From Octopus vulgaris (Eukaryota), in assembly GCA_951406725.2 (NCBI GenBank), contig OX597828.1, positions 63,984,001 to 64,048,000 of the forward strand: DNA of 64,000 bases, given 5' to 3'. Of this stretch, positions 12,383-26,862 are shown in pieces. How positions within the stretch are numbered: the stretch's first letter is position 1; every line of letters starts with the position of its first letter. The notes under the pieces are model-generated. The model was not told the DNA's origin and did not search any database. It saw only the letters and a list, made by a program, of their open reading frames with translations. The position numbers and the translations under genes are program-made.

Positions 12383-14717
12383 CTCTTTTACTCTTTTACT
12401 TGTTTCAGCCATCCGGCTGAGGCCATGCTGGGGCACCGCCCTTGTTGCTACCCTCTCTAAGTCCAGTTTGCCGTGGCTGGCCACTGATCTAAGAGAGAGT
12501 TTGTAGCTGCTGCCCTTAGGTTACCTTCGTACCTTGCAGTGGGTTCATCTGGGATCCCGGAAAGCAGCTTGTCTAGATGTTTTTTGAAAATGTCCACATC
12601 CGCATCATGTAGATCTCTTAGTTTTCTTGGCAGTTTGTTGAACAGCTGAGGGCCCCTGAACCCCAGGCTATTACAGTATCTGCTCCTTACCCTGGATGTG
12701 GAAGACGGGACCTTTGGCACCACACAGTGACGACCTGTACGGGGATTGGAACAGCTCTCAATTCCAAAATTTGGTGCTAGTCCCTCCAGGATTTTCCATA
12801 TGTATATCACTGCATATCTCTCTCGTCTTCGTTCCAAGGAGTACAAATTGAGTTCCCTAAGCCTCTCCCAATAGTTCTTTTCTTTCATGGTGGAAATCCT
12901 CTTGGTGAAATGTCTTTGGGTTGTCTCAAGCTCTGTGGTTAGTTTGACACTATGCGGTGACCACAGTTGGGAGCAGTAGTCTAGGCGGCTTAGGACAAAT
13001 GTCCTCCATAGTGTCAACATGGTCTCGCAGTCTCTTGTCCGGAATGTCCTCAGGATCCAGCCAGTGAGTCGTCTGCACATTGTCGCCACCTTCGCGATGT
13101 GTGAAGAAAAAGATGCATCGTCACTCATGTCTATCCCCAGGTCCCGTATTGATTTCGATACTGGGATTTCGATCCCTCCTGGACCAGTATAGTTGTGTTG
13201 TAATGTATATGTGTTTACAGCTTGATATTGTAAGGCTTGAAATTTACCAGCATTAAATTGCATGTTGTTGTCTTCAGCCCATTTGTATATGGCATCCAGA
13301 TCTTGTTGTAAAAGGTCAGCATCAGCTGGGTTTTTGATTGCCTGTGCTACCTTTGTGTCATCAGCATAGCTAGTGAGGGATGTTGTTTGTGCTACCAAGG
13401 GCATGTCAGAGAGCGCCACCAAAAACAGCAAGGGTCCCAAGACTGTGCCCTGTGGCACCCCGCTTGCTATTGGTGTCTTTCCCGAGAGGGCTCCATTGGC
13501 TGCAACCATCTGGCTTCTGTCCTTCAGGAAGTCATGTATCCACTCACCTACTTTTCCTGTTATGCCGAGTCTGAGTAATTTGTGACATATCACTCCGTGG
13601 TCGACTTTGTCAAAGGCCTTCGCAAAGTCGAGATATACCACATCCACCTGTGAGCGATCCAGTAGTTGTTTCAGTACCCAGTCGTAGTGTTGTAACAGCT
13701 GCGTAAGGCAGCTTCTTCCTGGGCGAAAGCCATGCTGTGTGTCAGTGAGACGGTTAGTTTCTTCGAGGAACGTGATCAGTTTTTTTCTGATGATTCGTTC
13801 CATGACCTTACTTATGTGTGACGTCAGGGAGACTGGCCTGTAGTTTTTGGCCTCTGCTCTACTCCCTCCTTTGTGGATAGGGCATATGGTGCCTTCTTTT
13901 AGCGCCCTGGGCAGTTTACCGTTAGCCAAGGAACCACTGAAGAGCATCTTCAGTGGTCCCGCTAGGGCATGCCTGCATGTTTTTAGGAGGACTGCTGGGA
14001 ATCCATCTGGTCCAGCAGCTGAGTTTATTCTCATTTCTTCTATGGCAGATATTACATCCCTCTCTGTTATGTCTATGTGGTCGATGGTTGTTGTTTGGTT
14101 TTGGAGTGTTGTGGCATCAAAGAAAACTTCTGGGTTTGTGATTTGCATGTGCCCCAGAGGGGATGTGAACACACTTTTATACTGTTCCTTTAGTATTTCA
14201 CTTATCCCTTGGGGGTCCTCAGTTAGAGAGCCCTTTTTATCAAAGAGTGGGCCAATCTTGCAGTGTACCGAGGTGGTTTCTTTCGCAAATTTAAAGAAAG
14301 CTTTAGGGTTTGTTTTAATATTCTCTATGGCCCTGGCTTCTCTCTCTGCCCTCTCCTTCTCATAGGAAAGTTTGAGTGCAGTTTCCGTTTCAAAAAGTTT
14401 CAGGTGGAGTCCCTTATTGTTTCTCTGCCGTGCATTCAGTTGCTTCGAGAGCTTAGCTCTTCGCCTCATAAGTATTTTCCTGTCTCTGGGAATAACGTTC
14501 CTATGCCCGCTGGCTTTTTTCTCCGGGACAAACTTATGGCATATGTTCTGTATTGTTGTCATGAAATGTTGGAAATGTGTGTTGGTCTCTTGTGTGGTGA
14601 TGAAGTCACTCCAGTCATGTTTTCGGATCTCTTCGTTGATCTTCTTCCAGTTTGCCTTATGGAAGTTTAGACTGGATAGGCCTGTGGTATTTTCTAATGG
14701 CTGCGTCTCAACTGTGT
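12383..14717 (-). mobile_element. Young 5'-truncated CR1-clade non-LTR retrotransposon
   Basis: RT ORF, short 3' UTR with stem-loop CAGCC-GGAT-GGCTG and (GTAAAAGA)2 terminal repeats. It sits in a (TG)n tract with GTGTGTA on both sides (12376-12382 and 14714-14720). The 5' end breaks off just downstream of where the APE endonuclease would be. Confidence 0.92.
12457..14562 (-). CDS. LINE ORF2 reverse transcriptase (CR1 type), lacking the endonuclease domain
   Basis: 701 aa with AAGPDG, NYRPVSLTS, QHGFRPGRSCLTQLL, VYLDFAKAFDKVDH, SGVPQGTVLGPLLF, YADD and C-terminal LYSLERRRER. The frame stays open upstream to about 14715 (…LNFHKANWKKINEEIRKHDW…). Confidence 0.95.
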   Translation of the reverse strand: MTTIQNICHKFVPEKKASGHRNVIPRDRKILMRRRAKLSKQLNARQRNNKGLHLKLFETETALKLSYEKERAEREARAIENIKTNPKAFFKFAKETTSVHCKIGPLFDKKGSLTEDPQGISEILKEQYKSVFTSPLGHMQITNPEVFFDATTLQNQTTTIDHIDITERDVISAIEEMRINSAAGPDGFPAVLLKTCRHALAGPLKMLFSGSLANGKLPRALKEGTICPIHKGGSRAEAKNYRPVSLTSHISKVMERIIRKKLITFLEETNRLTDTQHGFRPGRSCLTQLLQHYDWVLKQLLDRSQVDVVYLDFAKAFDKVDHGVICHKLLRLGITGKVGEWIHDFLKDRSQMVAANGALSGKTPIASGVPQGTVLGPLLFLVALSDMPLVAQTTSLTSYADDTKVAQAIKNPADADLLQQDLDAIYKWAEDNNMQFNAGKFQALQYQAVNTYTLQHNYTGPGGIEIPVSKSIRDLGIDMSDDASFSSHIAKVATMCRRLTGWILRTFRTRDCETMLTLWRTFVLSRLDYCSQLWSPHSVKLTTELETTQRHFTKRISTMKEKNYWERLRELNLYSLERRRERYAVIYIWKILEGLAPNFGIESCSNPRTGRHCVVPKVPSSTSRVRSRYCNSLGFRGPQLFNKLPRKLRDLHDADVDIFKKHLDKLLSGIPDEPTARYEGNLRAAATNSLLDQWPATANWT

Positions 14718-15587
14718 GTATATATTCATATAAGATGAAAATGATGGCTCTTCCAAGGCTAGTTGTGTTTCCTTCTCTTTCGAATTCGTTTGTGTAAATT
14801 TAAGTTCAAACATAAAACGAAAAACAGGAACAATGTACTCAATACATATGTAGAGTACAAATATTTATGTCATTGATTAGCTACAAGCACGTAGAAGCAT
14901 ATACCCAAACACGCTCACACACACACGCACACAAACACATAAGCCCATACACACACACACACACACAGAGAAACTTGTAAACACATACATACAGGCACAT
15001 ACAGACGTGTCTCTGTACATACGCGCAGCAACACATCTACAACCGGCAAAATAAACATGGCCAAGAGGAAGAAGAACGACACGTGAGATGGAAATATAGT
15101 CACTCATACACACATTCCTACACATATCGTGTGTGTGTGTTTATATATAGATATATATATATGTACATACACACACATACATATCCACACATACACAGAC
15201 ACATATATACACGCACTGCATTCACACAAAAAGCTTGCATATATACATAAATGCATTATTATACAGGCATATATAGAGAGATTTATTTGAATTAAAACCA
15301 CCCCCACTTAGGTAATTAGTGTAATATATACCAAAATCTTCATGCCTAGACATACATTTGGAGACGATCCAGAAATTACTCGAAGAATAAGAGGTATCTC
15401 TCAGATTTCTTACTCTAAAACAGATGTGATTTACATTTAGCACACTCCACCAGCCTGCTACCCTGTTCGCTTCTACCAAATATGTTGCTAGGTTTACCGG
15501 GAAACGCTTTGCTATTTATTTTTTGCTCTCTCTCTCTCACGAGGGGGTAGGTGTTTCTTTATAGCTATATTTTCATATGTATATGTA

Positions 15588-15693
<106 letters not shown>

Positions 15694-15788
15694 CATACAT
15701 ATATATACATACATATATGTATATATACATACATATGTATATATACACATATATACATACACACACACATATGTATATATATACATAT

Positions 15789-15823
<35 letters not shown>

Positions 15824-16868
15824 CATATATATACATATATTTATACATATATACATATATACATATATATACATACATATATTTATATATATAAATATAT
15901 ACACATATACATATACATATATACATATATATATAAATATATACATAGATATATATAAATATATACATACATACATATATATATATATATACATATATAC
16001 CTACATATATATATATACATATATACGTATATATTTATATGTATATATATGTATGTATATGTATCTATAGATACACATATGTTTACACATATATGTGTAG
16101 TAGTTTTTAATAGTTTCTCTTCTTACTCTTTTCTCTCTCTCTCTCTCTCTCTCTTATATTTACCTGTAAAAAATGCAACACCAACGTTTGTATTCTATCG
16201 CCAAATACCACCCCTACCATCAACATCATCATCATCATCGTCATCATCAAAACATATAGCTTATGATGTCTGAAGAATGTTCGGCAGGTAAATATGTGTC
16301 TTTATATGTATATGAATACCTGTATCGGTATATAAATATGCATATATACATACAAAGTATGTACCTCTTAAATCTGCTCCTCCCAGTATATTGATGTGGA
16401 CGTGTATTATATCTGTCTTTCTCTCTGTCCCCCTGTCCTCCTCCTACTCTCTCTATCTCTATAAATCTCAGCGATACGTATGGTGGACTTGCTAAAGAAA
16501 CAGTAAATTTAAGATAAACGAGAAATGGAAATATTCAAAGACATAAGCGGCTTAAGTTTTAGTAAGCGTTCTTTCTGGAAATCAAAAGCGTAATTCAAGT
16601 GGACAAATAGAAAGATTCTAATTCAAACTCCCTCATACTCAAATGCAGACATTGAGTTTCTGATGTCAATAAGACCTTATCATACATCTGTAGACATCTC
16701 TAATTACGATTTTTGACGATTCTATTCGTGTCACACTGCCAAATGTTCGCTTTATTGATTTTGTGTGAACAAATCTTTTAGTGCTCATAAGGTTTTACAC
16801 ATACATACATACAAACACACATACATACACAGATATATACATATATCATGCATACGCTTACGTATATT

Positions 16869-16912
<44 letters not shown>

Positions 16913-16916
16913 TATG

Positions 16917-16948
<32 letters not shown>

Positions 16949-17132
16949 TATGTGTATATATTTCTTTGTGTATAACATTTATAATGTATATACGAACATA
17001 GAACGGCAACAGCTGTAATATTTTGTTACGGGGCTTTCTCTTGGACAAAATGCTACAAAATTGGCTTCCATGTTTGTACATACGTTCTCATTGTAATGTA
17101 ATGTTCTTGATATGTCAATACTTTATATATAT

Positions 17133-17216
<84 letters not shown>

Positions 17217-18433
17217 TGTGTTTGTGTGTATAAATACATAAGATATGAAGAGTTTAAAAATAAATCATTCAATCCATAATTATACTTAAATTGTATAATT
17301 AAATAACAGTTTATTATGGATGTATGTAATTGTGAGTTTTCGCTCAGTAATGCAATTAATTAAAGCGTTCCTCAGGCAATTAGTGGAGCAACGCTATTTC
17401 GCACATTGTCATGCTCGGGTACGAACGTTGTAGGCGGTGTATCTCATTACAGATTAATTATTTTCTTCTTGTTTGTTAAGTAATTGAAGAAATAAAAATG
17501 GAAATAATGAAATAGAAACTAAAAAAAGCTATAAATTAAATAAATTATAAATATAAATTAAGCATGAAATGGAAGACTATGAAAGCGCATTCTGAGATGT
17601 TATTGGGTGCATTAATATCTGATGATAGATTATATATGCGTGGGAACACACGCTCTCGTACACACATGCATGTATACATTTATAAGGCACTCTTATGCAT
17701 GGAATAATAAATCTAAGCGTGTAGCGTGTTCATAGGAGTATTTATTCTGGCGGTGATAATGAATTCCAGTCTTTCTACAAATGTTCAACAGAGTGTCTGC
17801 ATTTTGTTAAAAATTCGGATTCCGGATTTGAGTAGAATTTCGAAGCTTTCATTTTTAATAATGGGTCTATTTTCTGAAGTACATAAACACCATCTCATTA
17901 ATTTTTGCCCTTTTTAAAATTATTTTCTTCGATCTCTCAATAGTTATTCGACTTCAATTGCTTGATGTAATTAGGAGAATTTGATAAGATTTCTATATTT
18001 AATGTCTAATTGATAAACTATGATTAAAGTTGCATTATTTAGGCTTTCTATTGGTTATTTCGATGTTATATATGTGTGTACTTTAAGGTTTGGTATGATA
18101 GAAATACCTTAACATTGTTATGTTAAGAACAGGTAGAGTATTTGTGTGTCAACGCTTCTATCTGAAGAGTTGGTCTCCGTTGGTTCATGTGGATTAAGAG
18201 TTATTAGACTTATTTTAGCCGCTAAATGTATTTATATCCTAGCATGTCAATTTCAGGAAGTCTATGAGTTTTAGAATTCCCGCCATTGAGAAATAATTTA
18301 ATTAACTACAACATTATAACCTAAGTTTGTATCTGTGTGTGTACACACACGCACACATACGTATATATGCATGTATGTATGTATGTATGTATGTATGTAT
18401 GTATGTATGTATGTATGTATGTATGTATGTATG

Positions 18434-18483
<50 letters not shown>

Positions 18484-19127
18484 ATCCTAGCATGAAAACA
18501 CAACAACGCGAGGGCGTGGAACAAGTATAGTGTTATTGGATGCTCAAAGATTAGAACCATTCCCATTGTTAAAGAGTTGCCATTGCGAATTAATATCTCA
18601 GGTTAGAACTAATTAGATTTATTATCAAAATTGTCCCAACCGCTAGTCACTTACTTTTAAACCAAACACTGAAAACATTTTCATTGGTAGCTTTGAGTTT
18701 ATGACAGCTTGGAGTATGGAGCGAGGGCATGACTTGGCTACTATTTCTTGCCGAGTGACCCACTGCTGTTTTGAAGTTCACCCCTTTTACACGATTAACA
18801 GTATATACCTTTTTTTTACCAGCGTTGATAACTAAGCAGGGTTGAGGAAGAGGTATTAGATGAGAAATTCCTGAAAATTTCCAGCATGACTTTACGGTAA
18901 AACAGACTCAGTGCTAACAATGTATTAACAAGGATTTTCACATCGTTAAGTGGAAGAATCTGTCTGGCTTTATCTAAAACTACGGGATAAATGGTTCTGA
19001 TGGAGCTTCGTTAACAATCTCCTTTGTTGCCTAATGTTAAACGTAACAATATTGTGAAGAGATATTCACGAAGCATATCGGCGTAATCAGGGGATACATC
19101 ACGTGCCAAATAGAAATAGAAAGAGAA

Positions 19128-19167
<40 letters not shown>

Positions 19168-19345
19168 GGGGAATGAAAAGGTCAAAGGTGAACATGGATG
19201 GTTGGGAGGCCATGTTTCTGTTGATAACAATGCGAACAGGCGTGATTAAAACAAAACAATGATTCTTCATATAACACCTCCCCCACACAGATGCATGTAT
19301 GTATGTGTATACATTTACGTATATAAATATATTATTATGAATATG

Positions 19346-19407
<62 letters not shown>

Positions 19408-20364
19408 TATATAACAGGCGATATGCATATCTATCTCTCCTCTTTACTTTTCTACTTTCCCACGTATTCAAACATATGCATGTGGGAGTGTGTATGTGTG
19501 TGTGTGTTGTGTACACATACTCATGCCTGTATATAAATAACGTCATACAAAAGTAGGTGTTCTTATATCCATACACAAATGAATAAAATTATGGGTGTAT
19601 ATATATATATCTGAGTGTCTATGTATGGATATATGTGTACGTATATATTTGCCTATATGTTAGCATATGTACATGCCTGTGTATATGAAAAACATCTCTT
19701 GTGTGTGTGTGTGTGTGTGTATAAGCGGTGAAGGCACAACAGCCACGCTGTCTCTCCCACCTCTCTCTGTCTCTGCCTGTCTGTCTCTCTCTCTCGAACA
19801 GTTAATACTCGCCTTATCAGAAAACAAGTCGAAATGCATCGAAAGTTTTGGCTCCCGTCAAGACATCGTCTGGTTTTATAACAATACAGATGGTCCGGTA
19901 TCGAATTGGACACAAGAATTCTTTCTGTCTCTCTTAAGGTCGCAAGGAAATCCGAATAGACACCCCCCCACACACACAACATGCATGCTGCACGCTCAAA
20001 CATATGCATGTAATTTTTCCTACTCTAGCGTTTTCCCGCCTTGTAAATCGTTGGCTCACCACTCTCACCGGCGAGTCTATAAATATGGTTGTCTGTCGTA
20101 GTCCGAGAAAGACGGTTCTGAGCAACCAGCACAAATGATTTATTTCATAATGGTCAAATGGTTGTGCAGATCATTAGCTCACTCCTTCCATCAAATTGAT
20201 GTTGGATGTAGAGGTGCACGGTGTAGCAGAGGTCAGGTGTCGACGTGAGGGAAACACACTGACCACTAGGCCATACACTGTCACGCACACTCACACACAC
20301 GCATTTACATTTAAAATGACATGAGACTTTCGTTTTTTCTTTTCTCTTCACTTTTACTTCTACC

Positions 20365-20620
<256 letters not shown>

Positions 20621-22095
20621 TTATATATATATATATCCATGGAAGAGGTTTTTTGAGTAAGCACTTTCGCTGTCTTCAGCTTTTCAAGCACACGTGTTTA
20701 TAAACAAAAGTTTTTTCTTGTTGTTATCCTTTCTCTCTCTCTTTTTCCCTCAATGTGTGTATGTGTGTGCATGTGGTTTATGCGTCTTTATGTCCCTACA
20801 CCTCTGCATGTTGAAGTAACAGTCGAAACAAAAGCAGTTTTATTGCTAAAATAAAGGATCATTTCATATTTACCCAGGACAGAAATAAGTTAAGCTAAAG
20901 CACTGAAGAATACAAGTATCTGCTGCTGTTTTATTCATTAGAATTACTGGCGTCAATTGTCCGCGTTTGTTAGAATTTATTTTAGATTTTTAAATTTTAA
21001 TTTTAATTTATTTTTACTATTTTGGCTCCGTCTAAATTGGTAATTCTGAACTTTTATCAGCTTATCATTCTGCTTTTCAACGCCACATTTGATAAGAAAA
21101 AATGTAACTTTGTCTTCTGCTAGACAATATATTTTCTTACATAACATTCGTGGCATTTTTTATTTACATTGAAATTCTTAAAGTCTCTTAAAATTAAGAA
21201 AATAAATCTTGCAAAAACAATGCAAATAATTCCAGAAAATTTCCTTATCGGAAAAAACAAAAAAAAACAAACAATTTCTACACATGAACCTCGAAATTCA
21301 TCTCAGGTATCCTGAAATCCCCGATACCCGCAGTAAAATCTGGGTAACATTTTGCTCGGATTAAGCATTATGTTACTATCCTTGCTTTCGTGAAGGCAAT
21401 AAGTTGACAGAATCGATGATATGCCGGACAAAATACTTAGCGATATTTCTGAATTCAAATTTCGCTAAAGGTCGACTTTAACATTTATCCTTTCGCTAAC
21501 TTTGCTGGCATTGTGCCAAAATTTGAAATCATTTCAGTTGTTGTAATATTATCTTAAATTACAGCAGCATCGATTACCTGGCATCGGTACCACCCACACC
21601 TTTTAAAATTAATCTCAGCAATTATATATTTTACAAAATAACACAGGCGACAAGTTCAGAAGAGAGGTGAATGCCGTGTAGAGAGAGAGTTGTTTATGGC
21701 CAATATATACTCACTATCTCTATCCAGTCAATATCTGCACATTGAGAGTATTCATCCGGTCAGTCACCACACTATGTCTGTCTATCTGTCTGTCGACACT
21801 CAGTGTCTCTCTCTGTCCAGTCAATAATTCCATACTCGTAATATCAGGATATCGAGTGGACATATATAGACATACTGATATCTAGTCGATATCTGACCCC
21901 TGTGTCATCAATCTAACCAGGCACTATTTATACACTGTGTCCAGATGGAATCAGTGAAATAATTAAGACATGAGCAATCAAGAGATGATGCCTGGTCAAT
22001 GTCATGGCGATACTTATAGGGTGCGTGTATGTGTCCCTAATATATCTTGAGATTGAAAACATTCACATCCAGCTGACAGGAAAGATATTGAGTAA

Positions 22096-22148
<53 letters not shown>

Positions 22149-22435
22149 ATAGGATGAGACAAACAGTCATGTAGTTAATTAAATATCTGATGCATTGCAA
22201 GATAAGACATCTCAAAATAGAAACTAGGCTGCACTGAATATATGTGTATGTGTATCTATACATATGCAGATACACACACACACACACACATATGTATCTA
22301 AACATACCATACAGACATTCGTATGTCTATACACATGCAGACATATTACCGTCTGGGACTCAGTGAATCTCTGGAAACTGCTGTTTGATTTCATGCCCCA
22401 TGAACACTTTAGTGGTTATGTATTTGTCAGCATAT

Positions 22436-22523
<88 letters not shown>

Positions 22524-24855
22524 TTGCGCGTGCTTATAAACACATGTAAAAAATATATGCAAGTGTACCAAATCAGACGCCGACACTCGCAAACAGACAG
22601 ACGGAGAGGCAGATAGAGGCAGAGGCAGATAGATAGAGGGAGATAGAATGGGAAAGGGAGAGAGAAGTCATAGAGACACACACACGTACACACACATATG
22701 AAGCTAGAGAGGCAGTGAGAAGCTGACCGGTAGAAACTGCTCTGATGTTTACATAACATGAGACACAGAAAACGTTCGAAATCTTTGCTGTATGTATTTT
22801 CTCTTTTTTCTTGACATAAAACTTCAATTTCTTCATTCCTCCTTTACCATTCCCAGCTTCCTTAGCTTTCCTCTTCTCTGTGAATACCTGGCAATTTTGG
22901 AATCGTAATTAAATAATCCCACCTGTCTGCTACTATTTCCTAACGAGGAATGTGTGTACAATCTACAAAGTTGTTTAACGGGTGTTTGGTAGAGTCTTAT
23001 ATAACTAAGGATAGAACTGCATTAGTTGGGTAGATTTGTGTGCCGCTGTGAATGTGCCGCACCCTGTTGGTTGTCGCTGTTATTTTTGTTGTCTAACCCC
23101 AGTTCAACTCTGACTGAGTAGATCTATGAACAAATGCAGTCCGAATACGACCACCTCTTCTTTTTCCTCTACGCAGGAAACCTAGGTCCACGTTATCTAA
23201 CATGTTCCTCATTTTACAGATTCTGTGTTTTTGTGAGGGAGAACATGGTCAGTTCAAACGGTTACATCCATGACACTCCTTGCCTTCTAAAAGAAAATTC
23301 GTAGTCCTATGTCTTGGTTAGAAATCATTATTTGATCACGTTCGTTGACATTCCAGGTTATTGATTGAATGGGTTTACTCTATGACTGTAGATTCGAGAA
23401 CTGGACAATGGCACTTGTCCTTGTAGTCAGGGTGACAGTGGTTTTGTAGGGATTTCGCAATTAACTCTCGGAGGTCTCTCCAATTTTGTGAATTTATTTT
23501 TTGTTTGAATATTTTTGTTTCATTGTTTTTGCTATTTTCTCTATTTATAGGCTTTTTTTGTTAATCCCGCATTGCCTCGTGGCTAATTAATCATTATCAT
23601 TCCCAAGTTTTCTTTCGTACTTTCATGATCGCAGCTTTGTCTGCCTTGGATAGACGGAGTGGTTTGTTTTTGGTGTTGTTATTGTATTTCTTTGTGCTAT
23701 ATTAAAAGTGCTTTACGTATGATGTGTGCGGTACCTAGCAGTGTCATTTTCTGTATAGATGGACATCTGCAATTTTGGTAATGTCTTTATATTCTTGGCT
23801 TTTGGTGATAGCCGCAAAACCCATTATACACGGAAATGTTCGTTTCTATATCAAATCATTTCATTTTTTAAAAAGAATATACACTTCTGCATTCATAGTA
23901 TTTAAAATTATCCAATCACCAAAGAACATGAGCAAACCATATGTTATGAGTTGGAGTGTTCCATAGACTAAAAATGGCGGTTCCACATGTGCTCATTTAA
24001 CTTTTTTAATTCTAGGTCAGGGCTGATTCGAGTAAGCCATTTCTTTGCTATTTGACAAACTTTCTGCTGGTTCCAACCATTTTCATATATTGGTATTAGT
24101 GGAATATTCATTTGTGTCTCGTTCCACAATTGCATGCTGGTAGGTTGTTTGTAGAAACTCTAAAGGAATCTTCGGATCTTTAGTTCAAATACCACAAGAT
24201 CCATACTCAAGTCAATTATATCCATTATATCCTTTTAATAGATCTACGTCCTTATTAGTGATAGGCAAAATATTGATGTATAGCTAGGTTAATCTACGAT
24301 ACTTTAATCTACGTTAATCTACGTTTTATCAACCAGAAAAAGATAAAAGCCAAAGTGGGCATCAACAAAATTTGAACTGACAACACCGAGATTTGAACCA
24401 AATTCAACAGTTCCTTGTACAATTTTGGGATCGATAAAATAAATACTAGTAAAATAATGAGAGGACCGTATTGATATAATTACTAAATCTTTTCCAGAAT
24501 TTGTGATTCATTATCAAAGTTTAAAACAAGTCATAACTAATTGATACAGATGTCATACGTCTACAAAGACATAACAACTCGATAACACCGGCTTATGATG
24601 TTTACTAAGTATAACTGCTTCCTGCGTCTGGAAATAAAATCGTTACCAATAACTATCTACCGTCTGCTGCTGCTCTGTTTAGACATTCCTTGTTTGTCAG
24701 CGTCATTGTTGTTTTTATCTTGGGAGTATCTTAATTATGCAGACCGATAGTTAAAGATATTCCAACTAATTGTATATCACGGGCTACATTATCCAATATA
24801 TTGTCCTTCCTTTTCAAATTGATAGAGTCATCACTTAGACGCGTCATCGTTGTCT

Positions 24856-25220
24856 CGACGTATCGTCTGCAAATGGATGAGACATTACTCGGTGTAACGT
24901 CTGCCAATATGTAAGAAACAGCTAGTAGATGGATCTTTGCAAAAATGTCAGACATATTTTGGTCGAATGTTAAACAACTGGCAAGACACAACTAGTCGAT
25001 CAATCATCTGAACATGTTTGATATTACTAAATGAAACGTCAGTCAATGTGTAAGACACAAACCGATGTATCATCTGCAAGTATGTTAGACATTACTTGGT
25101 GGAATGTCTACCAATGTGTGAGACATAACTAATCCAGGCATAGTATCACAATGAGTTAGGCATTACTTAGTCAAATGTCAGACAATGTATAAGACGTAAC
25201 TAGTCGATAGATCGTCTGCT
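24856..25220. repeat. Degenerate tandem repeat of about 70 bp, about 5 copies
   Basis: Units start near 24856, 24926, 24996, 25063, 25133 and 25204. Approximate consensus TCGATGTATCGTCTGCAAATATGTTAGACATTACTTGGTGGAATGTCTGCCAATGTGTAAGACACAACTAG. Confidence 0.8.
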
Positions 25221-26409
25221 CACATAATTTCATACAAGTTAGTCTAAGTCGGAAGAACGATAACCATGTTATTTCAAGACAGACTTTCCTAGTCCGGTGA
25301 GATGATGACCATCCTAACAGTAATCAAGACTATTCTAAGGGAATCACGTCTTTTCTTCCTCCATTAACAAATATGTCTTTCTTGTATGTTTAAGACGTTA
25401 ACAGATTGCGATTTTAGGGGTATGCGGCTGCTATTTCTAGCGGATCGAGTGACCACATAGAGGCTGCATTGACACAACGCTACGTATAATGTGCTGCTAT
25501 TGTCACCTGTCACGTGCCTCTGCTGTATAGCCTGGAGAGGAAAGGTAGCTAGGATCGAATGACACCTTTTACCTTATTAAGATACAGCACAGCTAAAACA
25601 TCCACACCGCTGCTATTGACACCACCACCAACACCACCACCACTACCACCACTACCGCTATCATCACCATCATCATCATCGAAGCCACCACCGCCACCAC
25701 CACAGGCCTCCTCCTTAATAAGTCTAATGCGAAAACATCGGCGGATGTGTCTTGGTGCATGAAGTATGCGTGTGGGAGTGTAGAGGCGTGTATGCGTGTG
25801 TATGTGTTGGCGCGCGCGTGTCGCTCTGCCCACGTTCATAAGTAATTTTACCATCTGTCTTGTCATGCCTCAAACTGAACATTTCTCTCTCCCCCTCTCT
25901 CTCCGCTTCTTTCACACTCTCACTCTCTCTCCTCTTCCTCTATACATACTCTTCTTCCCCCTCTCTTTCCCCCCCTCTCTCTCTGTATCTCTTCGTCTCA
26001 TTTTTTTCATTTCCAATTGTCATTTATTTTTTTCATTCTGATCATATTATTCGCTCTCTTTCCTCCATCATCACTGCCACCACCACCACCACCAAAATCA
26101 ACATCCTCCTCCTCCTCTTCTCCAATACCCTAACCCTCACCATCGACATTCCCCTTCCACCCCCATCTTCATCGGCACCAAACTGTGAACGCCAGTCTAT
26201 CTAAAGCTAACACTCCCAGATGATCTGCTTTCAATTTCCATAGACAGAGACAGCTTAGTGAACAGATGTAATATGGATTTCAATGTAGTTCGCCTCCTCC
26301 CCACCCAATCAACAAGCTGCGTACGCACCTCTACCCTGGACCACCCCAACCGATCAATTTACTTGTCCTTTTTTCGTCATCGCATCTGTGTACGCACCTT
26401 CATCTACCC

Positions 26410-26485
<76 letters not shown>

Positions 26486-26585
26486 GTCTGTCTGTCTGTC
26501 TCTGTATATACATACACACTAGCGCGCGCACACATACACACATTCACATGTACTTGCTTATCAACAGAGAAATACAACAATATAC

Positions 26586-26629
<44 letters not shown>

Positions 26630-26631
26630 TT

Positions 26632-26693
<62 letters not shown>

Positions 26694-26862
26694 GAAAGAG
26701 ATAGAGATGAAGGAAAGAGAGATAACGACAGCAGAAAGAAACAAGTAGACAGAGAGAAGCTATTCCGAATTCCTTTCTCATAGTTTGAGTTTTACGCAAC
26801 AGCAATCGTTAGGCGTGTATGTATCCTTAAATCCTTAAAAATGTTTTAGCCCGAAGGCCGCG

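Noticed and set aside
13373-14797. Plus-strand ORFs of 62-172 aa overlapping the LINE
   Set aside because: Antisense shadow frames of the RT coding sequence with no independent motifs.
25549-25866. Pro-rich and Gly/Asp-rich ORFs
   Set aside because: Derived from (CCA)n/(CAT)n low-complexity DNA with no splice or domain evidence.
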